DNA of 64,000 bases from contig CM052816.1 in NCBI GenBank assembly GCA_028534125.1, forward strand, positions 94,490,001 to 94,554,000, read 5' to 3'. Shown here in pieces: positions 1 through 13,263 of the stretch. Below the pieces are notes generated by a model. That model saw nothing but the letters and a program-made list of their open reading frames with translations. It did not search any database and had not been told where the DNA came from. This DNA comes from Lama glama. Taxonomy: Eukaryota. The translations under genes and the position numbers were made by a program. Position 1 is the first letter of the stretch. Each line of letters starts with the position of its first letter.

Positions 1-794
1 AAGATGTAGGAAATTTTTTAAATCTAGAAATGCAAAAAACCTTGATTAACATTTTCTTTTTGCTGATATTACAATGCATCTAATTCATTTTCTTTAATAT
101 TTTTGAAAGCATATTTGAAGCATAGTGTTTGGCCTCAAATTCTTCGTGTAAACTAGAAATGAGCTGTCTCACCAAATAGAGGCACTAACAGGAAATGAGT
201 CGTGCCTTGTAAGACAGTATAGAAATGTGAAAAACGGAGACACAAAGTACGATGATAGCTTCAGAATTCAAATAATAAGACAACTTGTGGATTTTCTTTG
301 GGGAAATATCCAGATACCTTCCAACTGGATGCCCGTTCCTTGAGTACCAACAGATGGCACCAGTAGTTAATGGTGAGGGGTTAAGACTCTGAGATAAGTA
401 AGTGAATCAGAGATTCTCAATTCCTTATGTAACAGTAAGAAACTGGGATATTTTAATATATCATGTTTATATATTCATCTAAACCCAAATGCTTACACCT
501 TCTGTTTGAAATGTTTATCTTAACTCTATTGTCATGGAAACAAGTTCAGAAATTTAAAATAAATCATGACCTCCGTTGAAAGTGCATACAGGTTCTGATC
601 AGCAGAGACTCTTGGACATAGGATTGAAAGAATATTTTATTATTTATAAATAATAAATAACCCACCAGGACCACAAATTGGCTTACTTTCAGACCACTCA
701 CAGGCAAGGGAAAGGAAGGGAAAAATATGGAGAATATATTTTGAATTGTTTCCATTTTGAAGTTTAAGTGTATGGTGCATGTAAGTAAAAGTCA

Positions 795-1228
795 TGACAT
801 AACCCTAGCAATGTTCTCCTAGGTCAGTCTCCCAAGGCAATACAAATAAAAGCAAGAATAAACAAGTGGGACCTAATGAAACTTACAAGCTTCTGCACAG
901 CAAAGGGAACCATAAGCAAAACAATACAACAACCTATGGAATGGGAGAAAATTTTTGCAAAAGATGAAACCGACAAAGGCTTGATCTCCAGAATATATAA
1001 GCAGCTCATACGACTTAATAAGAAAAAAACAAACAACCCAATCCAAAAATGGGCAGAAGACCTAAACAAGCAATTCTCCAAGGAAGAAATACAAATGATC
1101 AATAGGCACATGAAAAAATGCTCAATATCACTAATTACCAGAGAAATGCAAATCAAAACTACAATGAGGTATCACCTCACACCAGCCAGAAAGGCCATCA
1201 TTCAAAAGTCCACAAATGACAAATGCTG
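795..1228 (+). mobile_element. Young LINE-1 internal ORF2 fragment (C-terminal region)
   Basis: ORF 876..1229 ([12 protein letters not shown]...MEWEKIFA...IQKWAEDLN...[13 protein letters not shown]) is typical L1 ORF2p. It is highly similar to the reverse complement of 39790-40230. Confidence 0.93.
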
Positions 1229-3199
1229 AAATCTTGTTTCTTTAGACTTACCAGAATACATACCTCAGGCACAATTTTTAACCTTTATGAACATTATTAT
1301 GAATGTTTTATAAATGAAAGATATTTAATGTGTTAAACACAGTTGCATAATAGGCATAATAGGCATTCAGTGTAAATTAGCTAAAAATATGAATGGCATG
1401 CAAATAATCAGAAGAATAATTGTACCTTCAAAGTAATTGAAAACAACAGTATAGGAAAAAGATACATTATCAAGCAAAAAATTAAATTTTGGATTGAAAT
1501 AATAAAACTTTTTTAAACTGGCACTCATATTGTTTTTCTATACATAAATTCATCTATATTTTATGGACAGTCTGACTTGTCACTGTAGATACAAAGATGA
1601 ATTAGATTTAGAGATTTAAAGGCAATGATACATCTAATAAAGTGGAAATGGGGATTTTGTTGGCAAGCCGGAGGAAGAGATGGGGTTGCAAAAGTTATAG
1701 TACACAGATGAGTTGTGATTAAGCTACAGATATGCACTAACTATTAAAGAAACACAGATTCATGTCTAATCTTAATCCAAGCCCTGTCCCGACTGTGAAA
1801 AATAGGGGAACAGAGACATCCATGGGCAACAGAGTCTAATTCTTTGAGCTGTTCATGTACGGTTATCTCTGGAAGTGTGTGCATGTAGTATTTAATTCAA
1901 CCTGGAAGCAATAAGTTGCCTGAAGCAGAGAGATGAAAGTAATGTATAAAAATTAAATTCTGCTCATGTCAGTGATGCTGTCTCTGAATGCCCTGATTGG
2001 AACTCAGGTTTGGCTAGCTGTTCTGCTCCTCACAGTGGTTTATCTTCTGGATTCTGGATTCCATGGTGGTCTTGGTGATATTTTCTTATCATTTTGAAGG
2101 AAGTATCAGGGCTTGCTTATGTCTTTCATAAATGACAGAGGACATTTGAATAAGAAGGACTTTAAAAAAGATTATTTTAACTTAAGCTTCAATAAATGAC
2201 TTAGACACACAGACGTGCCTATGTCTACACAGTTGTGGGGAAGAAGCAAGCCAGTCTGTAATTTCATTACTTCTACAGGCGACTTTAAACAGCATAATTG
2301 CTATATGAATGCCATCTTGACATTAAACCAAAAACAACTCCAAAGCAAAATGGATTTTGATGAAGAGATCTTGACATTGGCAAACATTTAGTAGAAAATG
2401 TCACCAAGAAGCAGTCTGGTACCACACTCCACGTGCATCTCACTGACAGCATCATTCAGTTCCAAAGGGAACAGGCGGGCTCAAGAAACATGCCATACTC
2501 ACGACAGGAAATCTGTGACTATTAAGCATGGAAAGTATTGTTAAGTGATTGGTAACTGGCCCTTAGGAAACACTGAAAGTTTTTATATTTGTTTTTGTTT
2601 TCAGAAATAGGAAGCAGTTAGTCTTAATAAGCAATGTAACCTTAAAGCCGTGCTTTCTATGAAGAGTTTTTCTTTATATTCAAATTTACCATGTATCGTG
2701 TACCATGAAAAAATAGGAAAATACATAGCTGGGATTTATTGTATCTTGGCATAAATCTGCTAATTTAGGTCATTAATAATTTAAATAGATTTTAGAAGTA
2801 CTGAATTGTTTAATACTATTTTTTAAGATGATTAGCTATTCCTTCTAAAAAAAAAAAAACCAAGACTTCCAACTCAGAAGGCATGAGTAATAATATATTG
2901 AAAGATAAGGGATTATAATCAAACAAAAAAATTCACTTTCAAATGTTCCTTTTGTAAAATCACATCTCTTCATGTCCAAAGTCAACACCATTTACGTGCT
3001 AGAACAGAGCGCCCACTCTGGTATTTGGGGTTTCCTATCAGCAATGCTCATATACACAGGATTAAGTTTAAAGCTCTGTGTCTCTATCTTTGGTGCCGTT
3101 CCTTTACAGTCTAGGCTTGGTGAATACCTAGAATTGGGACGTACGTCAGTAGAAATGAAAGGGATATGAGGACATGAGGTTTTGCTTTTAATATCAAAT

Positions 3200-3620
3200 A
3201 TGCCTTGATCACTTATGTGTATTAGGAACACAATAGGAATTAGGTACAGTCTTGCCTTCAAAGAGTGCAGAGTCTGGAGAGGACTGATGGTCAGAGACAA
3301 GTGTCTGTCAGACATTGGAGTGACAGTTGGGAAAGCACATCTGCCTGGCACATGTGAGCAGGTGGTGGTCGCTCTCCTTGGGAGGAGAAGCAGAGCTTTG
3401 TATGCCAGTTGACCTCTGAACTAGACATGAGCTAAGGTCTGCCAGACTGGAGTGGCGATTGGTAGAGGATTCTGGTTGAAGGAACGGAACCTGCGAGGGC
3501 CTGTGAAGCGGGACTGAGTGTTCACGCGAGTAATGCTGTCTGTCGTCATGGAGACATCTGGACACGCAAGGCCTGTGCACAGAGAAGAGCACAGGAAGAG
3601 GAGATCTGGTCAAGGCATCC
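3200..3620 (-). mobile_element. LINE-2 fragment
   Basis: Degenerate antisense L2 3' motifs (cttgccttcaaagagtgcagagtctgg; gacctctgaactagacatga). Boundaries approximate. Confidence 0.5.
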
Positions 3621-5539
3621 ACCTCAGCTGTACTGGGTTCAAGAAGACTTTTCTCATTGCGTCCTAATCAACATGGTCTCAAGTGAAAAGCTGTAGACTC
3701 CATGATGAATTGTAGGTTAACAAGGATCTAAATTTTGCTTAAAATGAAAGTTTGAACGTTTTAGAATTGATAGGTTTTGCTGTTGAGAGAATTTTTCTAC
3801 TGACTTAGCCCCTAAGTTTGCATCCGAACTCTTGGCCCCAAATTAGAGTCCGTCTCTAATCCATTTGTCTTAGGTACAGTGTCTTTCAGCAGACAAGAAC
3901 TTCCTTTGACAGCCTGTAATAGAGGTTTTTTCTTCCCCCTAAACATACATGCAGCTAAAGTTCAATAAGGCTACAGTGTAAGCCAAATCTATAATATGTC
4001 ATTCATATTAGAAATATGAATTCATCACATTTCTTTGACATAAGCAGAACTCTGGATGATAATTTAGGATCAATATATTGTTGCTATGATTGATTCAGAC
4101 AACATACATGGTAATAATAGCCTATTGCTTAAAAAGTCACAGACCATCAGCTAGAACCCAAAGGGTTTGCTTTCATAAGCAGAGGAAGGAAAGTGATTTA
4201 TTGGAAGGTGGGGCGCCCGGGGCTGAGAGTAAAGCTCAAGACAGCCCTCTGGCATGAAAATGTCATGTCGTTTATAAACCTGGAAAACGCACTTCACTTC
4301 TCACTTCTGAGAAATACTACCACTCTTTCTTATGGTTTACGGGGTTGTAGTGCACATCACATCAGATTATCGCAGGCTTATGTTTTAAAGTGTTTTGGAA
4401 TATTCAACTAGTCTCATAAATACACTCTTCAACATCTTTTCAACTAAGCAGTTTAAAACCTTGAGTGTTTTGAACTACAATGTACAAAACACTGTACAGA
4501 GTTTTTGAATGTCATTTCCTTGATGGTAGAAACCAAGTATTTGTCCTTCCCACCCTACACAAGGCATTGGGTTTTTGGTTTTGCTTCATCAATGTTTTTC
4601 CACTGCTGAAGGTCATTACTCAGCTGCACTCCCGTGGAATGGCCCAGGACTTTAGTCTGTGCATTTAGAGGGAACTTGGTGTATGGGGATCTAAAGTCCT
4701 ACATTGTGTCCGGAACCAGTCATAAAACTCTTTGTCATTGGCGACTTATATTGTTATCATAAATCAGCGTAACAAATACTAGGACTCAAACCAAATTGCT
4801 GTCAAATAAATCAGTTCTAAATTTCATGTTAAAGGAGGTCATTGTGTAGGTTAAAAGATTCTCAATGTGATTTTGTTAGGAAGAAACTATAATGACGAAA
4901 GGTTAATGGAGTCTGGCCAAGGGGAAGAACTTTATCATCGCCAAGTTGTGAGATTGTGAGATCAAGATCCCAGGCCTGCAGGCAGAGGTGGGGCAAGGGG
5001 GGCTTTCAGGGCCAAGCCTTCCCTAGGCACGTGGCTTCAAACCTAAGGGCTCCTAGATCTAGACCAGGCGTTGTCTAGACACGTCCTCCCAGGACTAGAA
5101 CACAGTCAGACCTTCAGACAAGGACATTCCTTCCTATTATCTTACTGGTCACTGTTGGCCATTACCCATCTCTACTGGACCAAAAAATAAGTTTCAAAAT
5201 TGTGTCCATCATCAGTATTATAAAATAGACCATTGTTCGCCCAGTGGTTTAAGACATGTCATTCTCCCATTAGGGTGTCAGTGATTAACAATTCTCCCTC
5301 AATTAAGACTGACTATCACAGTGACAGAGGGTCACCTGAGATCCACTGATTTGGAAGGAAAATGTATACACTTAAAGAGCACACATTTTCTGTGTTCAGT
5401 AGGAAAAATTGTAACTGTAACCTTAGGTCAACTATTCATAAGTCATCGAAAAGAAAAGAACGTCATGTTTTGTGAAAAGTAAACAGAGAAGCTAAGCTAT
5501 GTACAAACAGTAAATTTATAAGTAAAACAACAACCAAAG

Positions 5540-6570
5540 GTAAAAAATAAATAAGTAATGTATGCAGTTTCAGGTAGTGGTCAGTGGTATGAAGACAATG
5601 ACACACACACAGGACAATGAAGCTGAGGGTGAGTGGGGGAAACTGGGCAGAATTAGGTGTGGGGACACTTCTCCGGTAAGTGCTAAGGCTCAGGAAGAGC
5701 AGGAGCAGCCAGGTGAGGGTCTAGGAAAAGAAAGGTCCAGGCTAAAGAAATTGCTCTAGGGGTCTAAGGAAGAAAAATGCCGTATGCTTGCAGCTTGGTG
5801 AAAAGAGGGAAGTGTGGAAGCAGGTGAAGTCGGAGAGGTAGGCAGGGCTCAAATCCAGGTGCTCTGTGAACGAGAGGATGCTGCCGCTGATGTTGGTGAT
5901 GAGAGTAAGGATGAGGATGCTGCCGCTCATGTTGGTGATGAGGTGAAGATGAGGATGCTGCTGCTGATCGTGGAAATGGTCATTTGAACGTTTTAAGCAA
6001 AGAAGTGAAATGATATGATTAAAAATTAGAACAATCCTCTGGCTGCTCTGTAAAAAAAAATAAGATTCTAGAGGTAGCGGGAGTTCAGACAAGAAGGGGA
6101 AAAGGGAAATCAAGTAAGATGCAGTTGCAGAAACGCAGGATAGAGATGGTGGACTAGTTGGCATCAGTAGGGATTATATGAAATGGAGGAGTTCAGATAT
6201 AGTTTACAAGCGAGCAGAAAAAACAGAAACTTGCCCCTGTATCTTTTGTGAGGTATCAGGAAAAGAGTCTGGTCCAGAATCTCTTTGATGTTTTTGTCCC
6301 CAAGGATGAGGTTGATGATGGTCCCATTTACAAAGATGAGGAAAGGTTGGGAGTAATGGGAGTAATGGGACAGGGATAATGGGAGAAATAAAAAAATATT
6401 CTACTCTGGATGTGTGAACTTAAGAGAAGCAAGATCAACAAATACCCAGTGGAAATGGGAGCTACACAGATTTGCCTAGAGCTCAGTGAGGGCAGAGATG
6501 GAGATTGAGAAGCATCAGCATATAGGTGATGCCTAATGCCTGGGGCCTGGACCAGGTGAAACTGTATGAA
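5540..6570 (-). mobile_element. LINE-2 fragment
   Basis: Purine-rich antisense L2 motifs (ttttaagcaaagaagtgaaatgatatgatt...tcctctggctgctctg; gagatggtggactag). Confidence 0.65.
5874..5973. repeat. Minisatellite, 38-39 bp unit x ~2.6
   Basis: Unit gaggatgctgccgctgatgttggtgatgagagtaaggat starts at 5874, 5913 and 5951 (partial). Confidence 0.9.
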
Positions 6571-7413
6571 TTTTCTCCTTCCAGTCATTTGTTTCCTGGG
6601 TTTCTATGACCCATAATATTCTAGAATTTACCAGCTTCCATTGCTCTGAGTAAGTTCACATTATATTTAGCGTAATACATGAAGTTGGCAGCTTCTATTA
6701 CTAGGTTGTTGCAAATTGTTGGTAGAATTCACAGTGTTATATTTTATAAAGTACCCGAGTTCTTTTCTTACGCTTGTTAATGAACTTGAGAATTTTTTAT
6801 AATGGATAGTGCCAACCTTAAGCGCATTGCTTGCAGAGGACCTAATTATGTATAAAATTCTGCTTATAGCAGAAGGTATGTTCCTTTTAAAATTGCAGGA
6901 GATTTGATGACTGCTGTGTTCATAGACATTCAGCCCAAGTTTTGAGTTTCTTCCACTTGGGTTATTGACAGTTTGACACTTTTAACAGGTCTAAGTGAAA
7001 TAAAACAGGATTTGAATAAACATAAGGATTATCATGGAGAAGTGGGTTCATAATGAAGGCTGTCGAGTACCACCTTTCCATAATTTTTCATGGGATTAAT
7101 AGTTAAATAATAGTAATTTATATCAATTGAATTGCAGTTGATTTTAATATCATCTAATGAAAGAAACTTTAACTTCTAAGTGAATTTATGCTTGATAATT
7201 AATATATGTTTGCTGTTTCTTAAAAAATGGAATACTTAAAATCATATGATTGCTGTTGCAATTGTTTTAATAGATCATTTTTCCTTGCCATATTTTCAGT
7301 GATTTTATTTATTTTAAAATGGGTAATAATTTTATATTTGCCAAATATGGAGACTGTACTGCACAAAATATATCTGTACAGCTACCTCAGGGGTCAAATT
7401 CATAATATTTTCT

Positions 7414-7848
7414 CTGTGAATTAGTTAGGGTTCCTGTAACAAAGTGTCACCATCTCAGTGGCTTAAACAGCAGACATTTATTGCCTCTTTGTTCTGTAGA
7501 CCAAAGACCCAAGATCAAGGTGTGGGTTCCTGAGGTTGTGGGGGGTGGGGGTATCTGCCCATGCTCGCCCGGGCTCCTGGCGGTTTGCTGGCCCTGTTTG
7601 GTTTTCCTTGGCTTGAGGAAGCATCACCCTTATGTCTGCCTCTATCTTTGATAATGTTTCCTCTCTGTTCACGTCTCTGTCCAAATTTCCCTTTTTCATA
7701 AGGACGCCAGTCATTTTGGATTAGGGACCACCCTAATGACTTCATTTTAACTTGATTACATTTTTAAAGACACCGAATCCAGTTATGGTCACAGTCACTT
7801 GTTCTGGGGATCAGGAGGTCAGTATGTCTTTACAATTCAACGCAAAAG
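7414..7848 (-). mobile_element. MaLR LTR (MLT1B/C-like)
   Basis: Motifs gtaacaaagtgtcaccatctcagtggcttaaacagcagacatttatt, aagatcaaggtgt and aggacgccagtcattttggattagggaccaccctaatgacttcattttaacttgattac. Confidence 0.85.
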
Positions 7849-7939
7849 AGTATGTCGTCTCCTTTACTTCCTAACATTCCTGATTTTCCTTAGATGTTGG
7901 TAATGAACAAATCGTGGGGATTTTCTAACTTTATCTGTG

Positions 7940-9360
7940 TAACTCCCTAGGAACACACATGTAGCCCCATTTACATGTGTATGACACATTTATGAAGCCA
8001 GCATACATCTCCGTCCCTGGCCACTTCTCTGAGATCCAAATATGTATTTATGCCTGTCTTCTTGTCACTGCTAATGGGCTGAATGATAAACATCTCAAGC
8101 TTAACATATTCAAAACAAAAGTTTTGTTTTCTGTCCCCATTCTCAAGTGTTCTTCCATCATTCCTTTCCACCTCCGTCCATGCCCTCTCCATTCCCCTAA
8201 ACTCTGTCCAAGGAGCTGAGTCATCCTGACATGTCTCTTTGCCTTATTCCATTGTAGTATCTATTCCTTTGCTGTAGTGGTTCCCTGCTGATGCTATGAC
8301 AAACTACCACAACTGAGTGGCTTAAAAGGACATCACTTTATTTATCTCACAGGCTCAGAAGTCCAACGTGGGTCTTTTTGGGCCAAAATCAAGGTGTCAG
8401 CAGGTCCTGGGGCCAAATCTACTTCCAAGTTGATTCAAATTGTTGGCCAGATTCACGTCCATGCAGTCCTGGCATTGAGGTTTCCATTTCTTTATGGGCT
8501 GGTGGCCACGTGTCATTCTCAGCCTCTCGAGTCCACCTGTATTCCTTGGCTCAGGATTCCTTTCCTTCCTCTTCAAAGCCAGCAACATGGCTTTGAATCT
8601 CTCTGACCTTCTTTTCTGCCACATCTCTTGCCTCTTCTGCTTTATTTCTCTGGTTCTCACTGGAGAAAATTCTGGCCTTTTAATGGCTCAGGTGATTGAT
8701 TTGGCCCCACCTAGATCCAGGGTGAGCTCCATATTTTTAGGTCAACTCTTGTGTAACTTTATCTTCAAAGTCCCTCCACAGTAGACTTCAGTGACTGATT
8801 GAATAACCAGAGGACAGGGATCTTGCAGGGAGGGATACACCTTTAGAATTTTTCCTGTCACAGCTGCCATGTCCTGTTGGCTCCATTTTAGGGCACCTTT
8901 GCTTTTCTGCTTTCATCACTGTAACCATATTCTCAACCCCCATCCCTGTTTCTGGGTTATTACCATACCCTCCTCACTGGTCACCCCACATGATTTCTAT
9001 GAATCATGGTTTATCAGATCCAAGTGGGACTGTTTCTTCATAACTTGAACTGTTCCAGGTTGTTTCACAGCAACTTAATACCTTGTTTCACATTAACATA
9101 TGGTAAGTTGATCTTCTTTCAAAAACTGCCAGTCACCTCATGTCACTGAAGTCCCTCCAGTGGCTCCTTTAGAATAAAATACAAGCCTTAAAATGGCCTA
9201 CAAGGCCTTGGCTCCTCCTCTGAAGGCCTGATCCCTTTACCAAATTTTCTTCACGTAATTATCACTGGAAGAAGCCATCTTTGTCATCTCTTGTAGGTGT
9301 TAATTTTCTGTGCTTCTCCCATTAGAACGTGAGACCCTTGTCTGTTTCCTCAGCATCGGA
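7940..9360 (+). mobile_element. LINE-2 fragments interrupted by the MLT1 at 8273-8862
   Basis: L2 motifs (catctcaagcttaacatattcaaaac; ccctcctcactggtc; ccctccagtggctcc...agaataaaat...atggcctacaaggcc). Confidence 0.6.
8273..8862 (-). mobile_element. MaLR LTR (MLT1E-like)
   Basis: TG...CA termini; gctatgacaaactaccacaactgagtggcttaaa start; aaaatcaaggtgtcagcagg; ends catct-like/ttagaatttttcctgtcaca. Confidence 0.8.
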
Positions 9361-11162
9361 CCTTCAGCTCCTACAGTACTTTGACATTGGGCTCATTCCA
9401 CATGTTTGTGTCCCTGTAGGATTTAAGTCGCTTTCTTATATATTCATTATTCCATAGCATGTGCCGTCTGCTGTGAGGGTGTCCCTGTGCTGGGCGCCCT
9501 CCTCGGAATGGCCAAAGCAACTCTTTCTGGCTGAGGAGTTCCCCTAGACACTGTGTTTGTCTGTATGAGACAAAACCCTGACCCCCCAAAACTTGTAGCT
9601 TCAATCTCATTTCATTTCTGTAACCTTTATTGAACCAGGCTGTACAGGTCTTGTTCTGATAGTATAAATAAAGGGACTTCATTGAAGAGAAGCCAAGTGA
9701 CTTCTCCAGGGAAACCTGGCGCTGTGACTAGAATTCCGAGCAGGTGTTCCTGCTCCGGGTTCCTTTCTGAATCGTACCAACAATGCAATTTAATTTATCC
9801 CAACTTCCCTGATGTGCAGGTAAATGAATTAATTATTCATTTTTTTCAGAAGTGAATATATATCTTCATGTTAATGTTTAACGTCTTCTCTCTTGGCATT
9901 TTTCTTACTCTAACGTGAAATTCCATGGAGGATGCCTGAAAATAACTGGCAAGTAAGCCATACAAAATAACATTTTTCCAGAGCCAGAAAGAAGGAAGGT
10001 GAGAAAGGGGAGATGGTCTGCTCAGGGAGTTGGGGTCAACAGCTAAGACTGGTCATTCCTTTACTGCTTGGAACCCAAGCCTGGCTGTGTCATCCAGATT
10101 TCCTGTTATCCATTTCCTAGTCCCTGGGGTAACAAATGTGTACAAGTAGGTCTCCAAACTCTAAAACCAAAAGCTGACCAAAAATCTCATGAAAATCTCC
10201 TTCTCATTCCTCCACTGATATACTTGAGATTATAAATGTGTCATTTAATTTCCCAATCAATATGATAAGACCAAAGAAACTGTTGGTGAGGGACTTCCTG
10301 GGATCTTGGAACATGAGTGTTGAGGTGGGGTCTGGGTCATATTACAGCCCTGGACATATCTGGAGAAGGTGAGTCCTGGGCTTTCTAGGGGAGAGAGGAA
10401 GAACTGAGATTGGGGAAGCCCAGAGAACAGGGAACTGGAGAACAAGACTGCATACAGGGAGGAGGGGGAACTTGTGAAACTTGGGGCTACAAATGGAAAC
10501 TCAAGGCTTGCGCTGAGACTCATGCTCCGCCACATGCCAGCTTGGGGGCTGACACCAATCACCCTCATTCTTGAATCTCTCTCATCTTTGAAAGGGGAGA
10601 AGAGCACTTTATTTGCAGCGGTGGAAGCTGTTATTGATATGGATAAAGAACTTTGCACCATTTCTAGATCATGGTTACCGTCCAGTTCACGGTAATGAGT
10701 AGAGATTTTCTAGGTCTCCCAGGGCCAGACAGCTGTGGAGACACTGGGGCACAAGTTGCCTCAGCCAAGTGCTACTTACATGAAATATATCCTTTATTCC
10801 AAACTCTGACCCCCCTAGACCACGTTCCAGCGATTGTGACCTCAGTGGTAAAAGCAGAACCAGCCTATGAATACGGATGCTCACCAAACACGCACTAGTA
10901 AGTTTCTGTTCTTATTTCCACCCTCTAGGTGTGATAGTAAAGCAAGTTACAACTTTGAAGGTTTGGAATAGGCCTTGGTGTTATCCATTTATGAATTACA
11001 AAGAAAAGTACTGCTCAATCTGTCAGGCCATGAAGAAATGCTTATTATGTGCAAGGCACTGTAGGAATAAGTAAACTGGTATGTTTAAAAGAACTAAAAC
11101 TGGGTTTCTAGAAGAAGCAGGTGCAGATTGCCAGATATTGAGTATTTCTGAAATGAAGGAGG

Positions 11163-11283
11163 ACTGTAAGCTCTGTGAGGGTGAGGCCACACCTGTGTAT
11201 TTCACTGCTCTTTGGAACATTGCCTGGAACAAAATAGGTGTTTAATAACTGTTTGTTGAGGGAATGAATGAATGAATGAATGA
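11163..11283 (+). mobile_element. LINE-2 (L2a-like) 3' end with (TGAA)n tail
   Basis: actgtaagctctgtgagggtgagg...tgcctggaacaaaataggtgtttaataactgtttgttgag followed by gaatgaatgaatgaatgaa. Confidence 0.85.
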
Positions 11284-11888
11284 AAATCAAAACAAGAGGC
11301 TTCTCAAACTAAAAGACTTCTCAACTTTCTTGAGCTATGTAATAGAATTTTCTGCAATATTTGTCATCTGTCATAAACTCAACCTCTGTCTATCTATGTT
11401 GGCTTTTATTTGTAAGGAAAATAAGCTTCCTGAGTTTTACATTTTACATTAAGATCATATAATTATAAAGCAGAATATAGGACCTCTGTAATTAGCCATT
11501 AAGGATGGATTCCTTGGGGGCCTCCAGTCTATTTCAATTTCAATCCCGTTTCAAAGCACTTACTTGGCAAGTAATCTTGGTTGCTGAAGGTCAGGCGAGG
11601 TTTTTCAGAAGTCCTAGTGCAGCCCATGAATTCCTAATAATAACATCAACAAGGGATAACAAAGTTGAAAACCATCGGCTGCTGCGACTGTGACATTTAA
11701 AATTATAACGTGGATAAACTAACTATGTTTGTTTCACGGTATGGTTCATATTAAATGCATATTCTTAAAATCTGTCTTAAAACTTGACCACTTTCATATT
11801 GCAAGCGTAGGTGGCTACTTTTTAAATATACTAAGTGCAGTTGAAAGTTGGCTTAATAGATTTATGAATCTAGGGCATTTCTGCTTAT

Positions 11889-11935
11889 ATGCTGCTGCTG
11901 ATGGGTACATGCTACTGCTGATGGGTACATGCTGC
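11889..11935. repeat. 20-bp tandem duplication x 2.3
   Basis: atgctgctgctgatgggtac / atgctactgctgatgggtac / atgctgc. Confidence 0.9.
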
Positions 11936-13134
11936 ATTTTGGAGGGAAAGGGATAAAGAATCAACAGTTTGTTCCGTTGTTAAGATGCCCGTTGTGAAGA
12001 ACTCTCTTCTAAATGCCTCTTTACTCTGTCGTGGGATAGAGCATAACCCAAGAAGCATCTATACTTTTAAATTAATAAACAATTAGTTTATACTTATCAA
12101 AATATTTTAATAAATCATCTCACAGTTTTGTAGTGGATTTCTCCCCTCATTGATTTTAGGCTGCCACTGGCACGGGAGAATTCTAGAAAAGGGATTGCTT
12201 CACTGTACCATTATATATTAATATTATTGGCTTAGAAAATGAAAAGCAGTATTTTAGATCGTTGATTTTTCTGTGTGTTAATATTTAAAGAGAACATGAA
12301 ACCGTCTCTTGCTTTCTGTCTTTTCCAAACCTGACTTTTGTAAGGTTATTCCATTAGTGCCCCCACTGGCTCACGGTGTCAGTCTTCCGTCTGGGCAGAC
12401 ACTGGATGAGATGCTCTGGTCTCCATGGCCAAAGGGCAGTGCCCTTGTTTCTTGCTGCAACTGCCAAGAAAGTGTTTGAATAGTGCTATCTAATATCATC
12501 GTATTTGTTATGCATACTGACACATGTCCACGGGGAACTTGCCTGAAAAGAAATATTCACTTGTGTTGCTTCTGAAATCTTCCCAGATGACAAAAAAATC
12601 ATGGAGTTATTCTTGGTGCCAACAATGAAAAAAAAAAAATGCTCTGCTATATCTCTACCTAAAATTTCCTAATTGAGATAAAATTAATATTGAAGTGAGG
12701 CTAAGGTATTGGTCTGAGCCATTTACCATGTTAAAGACAAAATTATTCCGATGGTGTATTTTACGATGATAAAGTAGATTTTTAAAAAATTCTGTCATTA
12801 ATTTACATAAAAAGAGAACCTGAATCTCGTTCTGCTTATACTCCTTAATTATTGAGGGAGTTAGATACCACACCCTTGGAGAGCTGTTCTGCCTGAGCCT
12901 TGGGAACAAAGGGCAGTAGGGAGGGAATCGTTTTTTTGTTAGTTGACAGAAACTTCTAGTGAGTGAGGGGTCAGGAGAGATGGGGCTTGAAAGGATTCTG
13001 GTGAGTGGTTTGAAACTTAGCACTATCTAAGTACTTTCTTTAATACGTGGTACCTAAGTATATTTTAATATGTGCCTGAGTATTTTTTTTATAATTAGCT
13101 TGGTAATTTAACTTCCCAAATAAGAATTTTTTTG

Positions 13135-13263
13135 CCTTTTTTTTTAGGGGGAGGTAATTAAGTTCATTTACTCGTTTTATTTTTAGAGGAGGTGCTGGGG
13201 ATTGAACCTAGGACCTTGTGCATGCTAAGCGTGCCCTCTACCACTTGAACTATACCCCTCCCC
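13135..13263 (-). mobile_element. tRNA-derived SINE, camelid Vic-1 type
   Basis: Reverse complement reads ggggaggggtatagttcaagtggtagagggcacgcttagcatgcacaaggtcctaggttcaatcccc (Pol III A and B boxes), then an A-rich spacer, taattacctccccc and an A tail. Confidence 0.9.

Noticed and set aside
5874..5973. CRISPR-like repeat array
   Set aside because: Head-to-tail tandem units with no unique spacers, in a mammalian intron.
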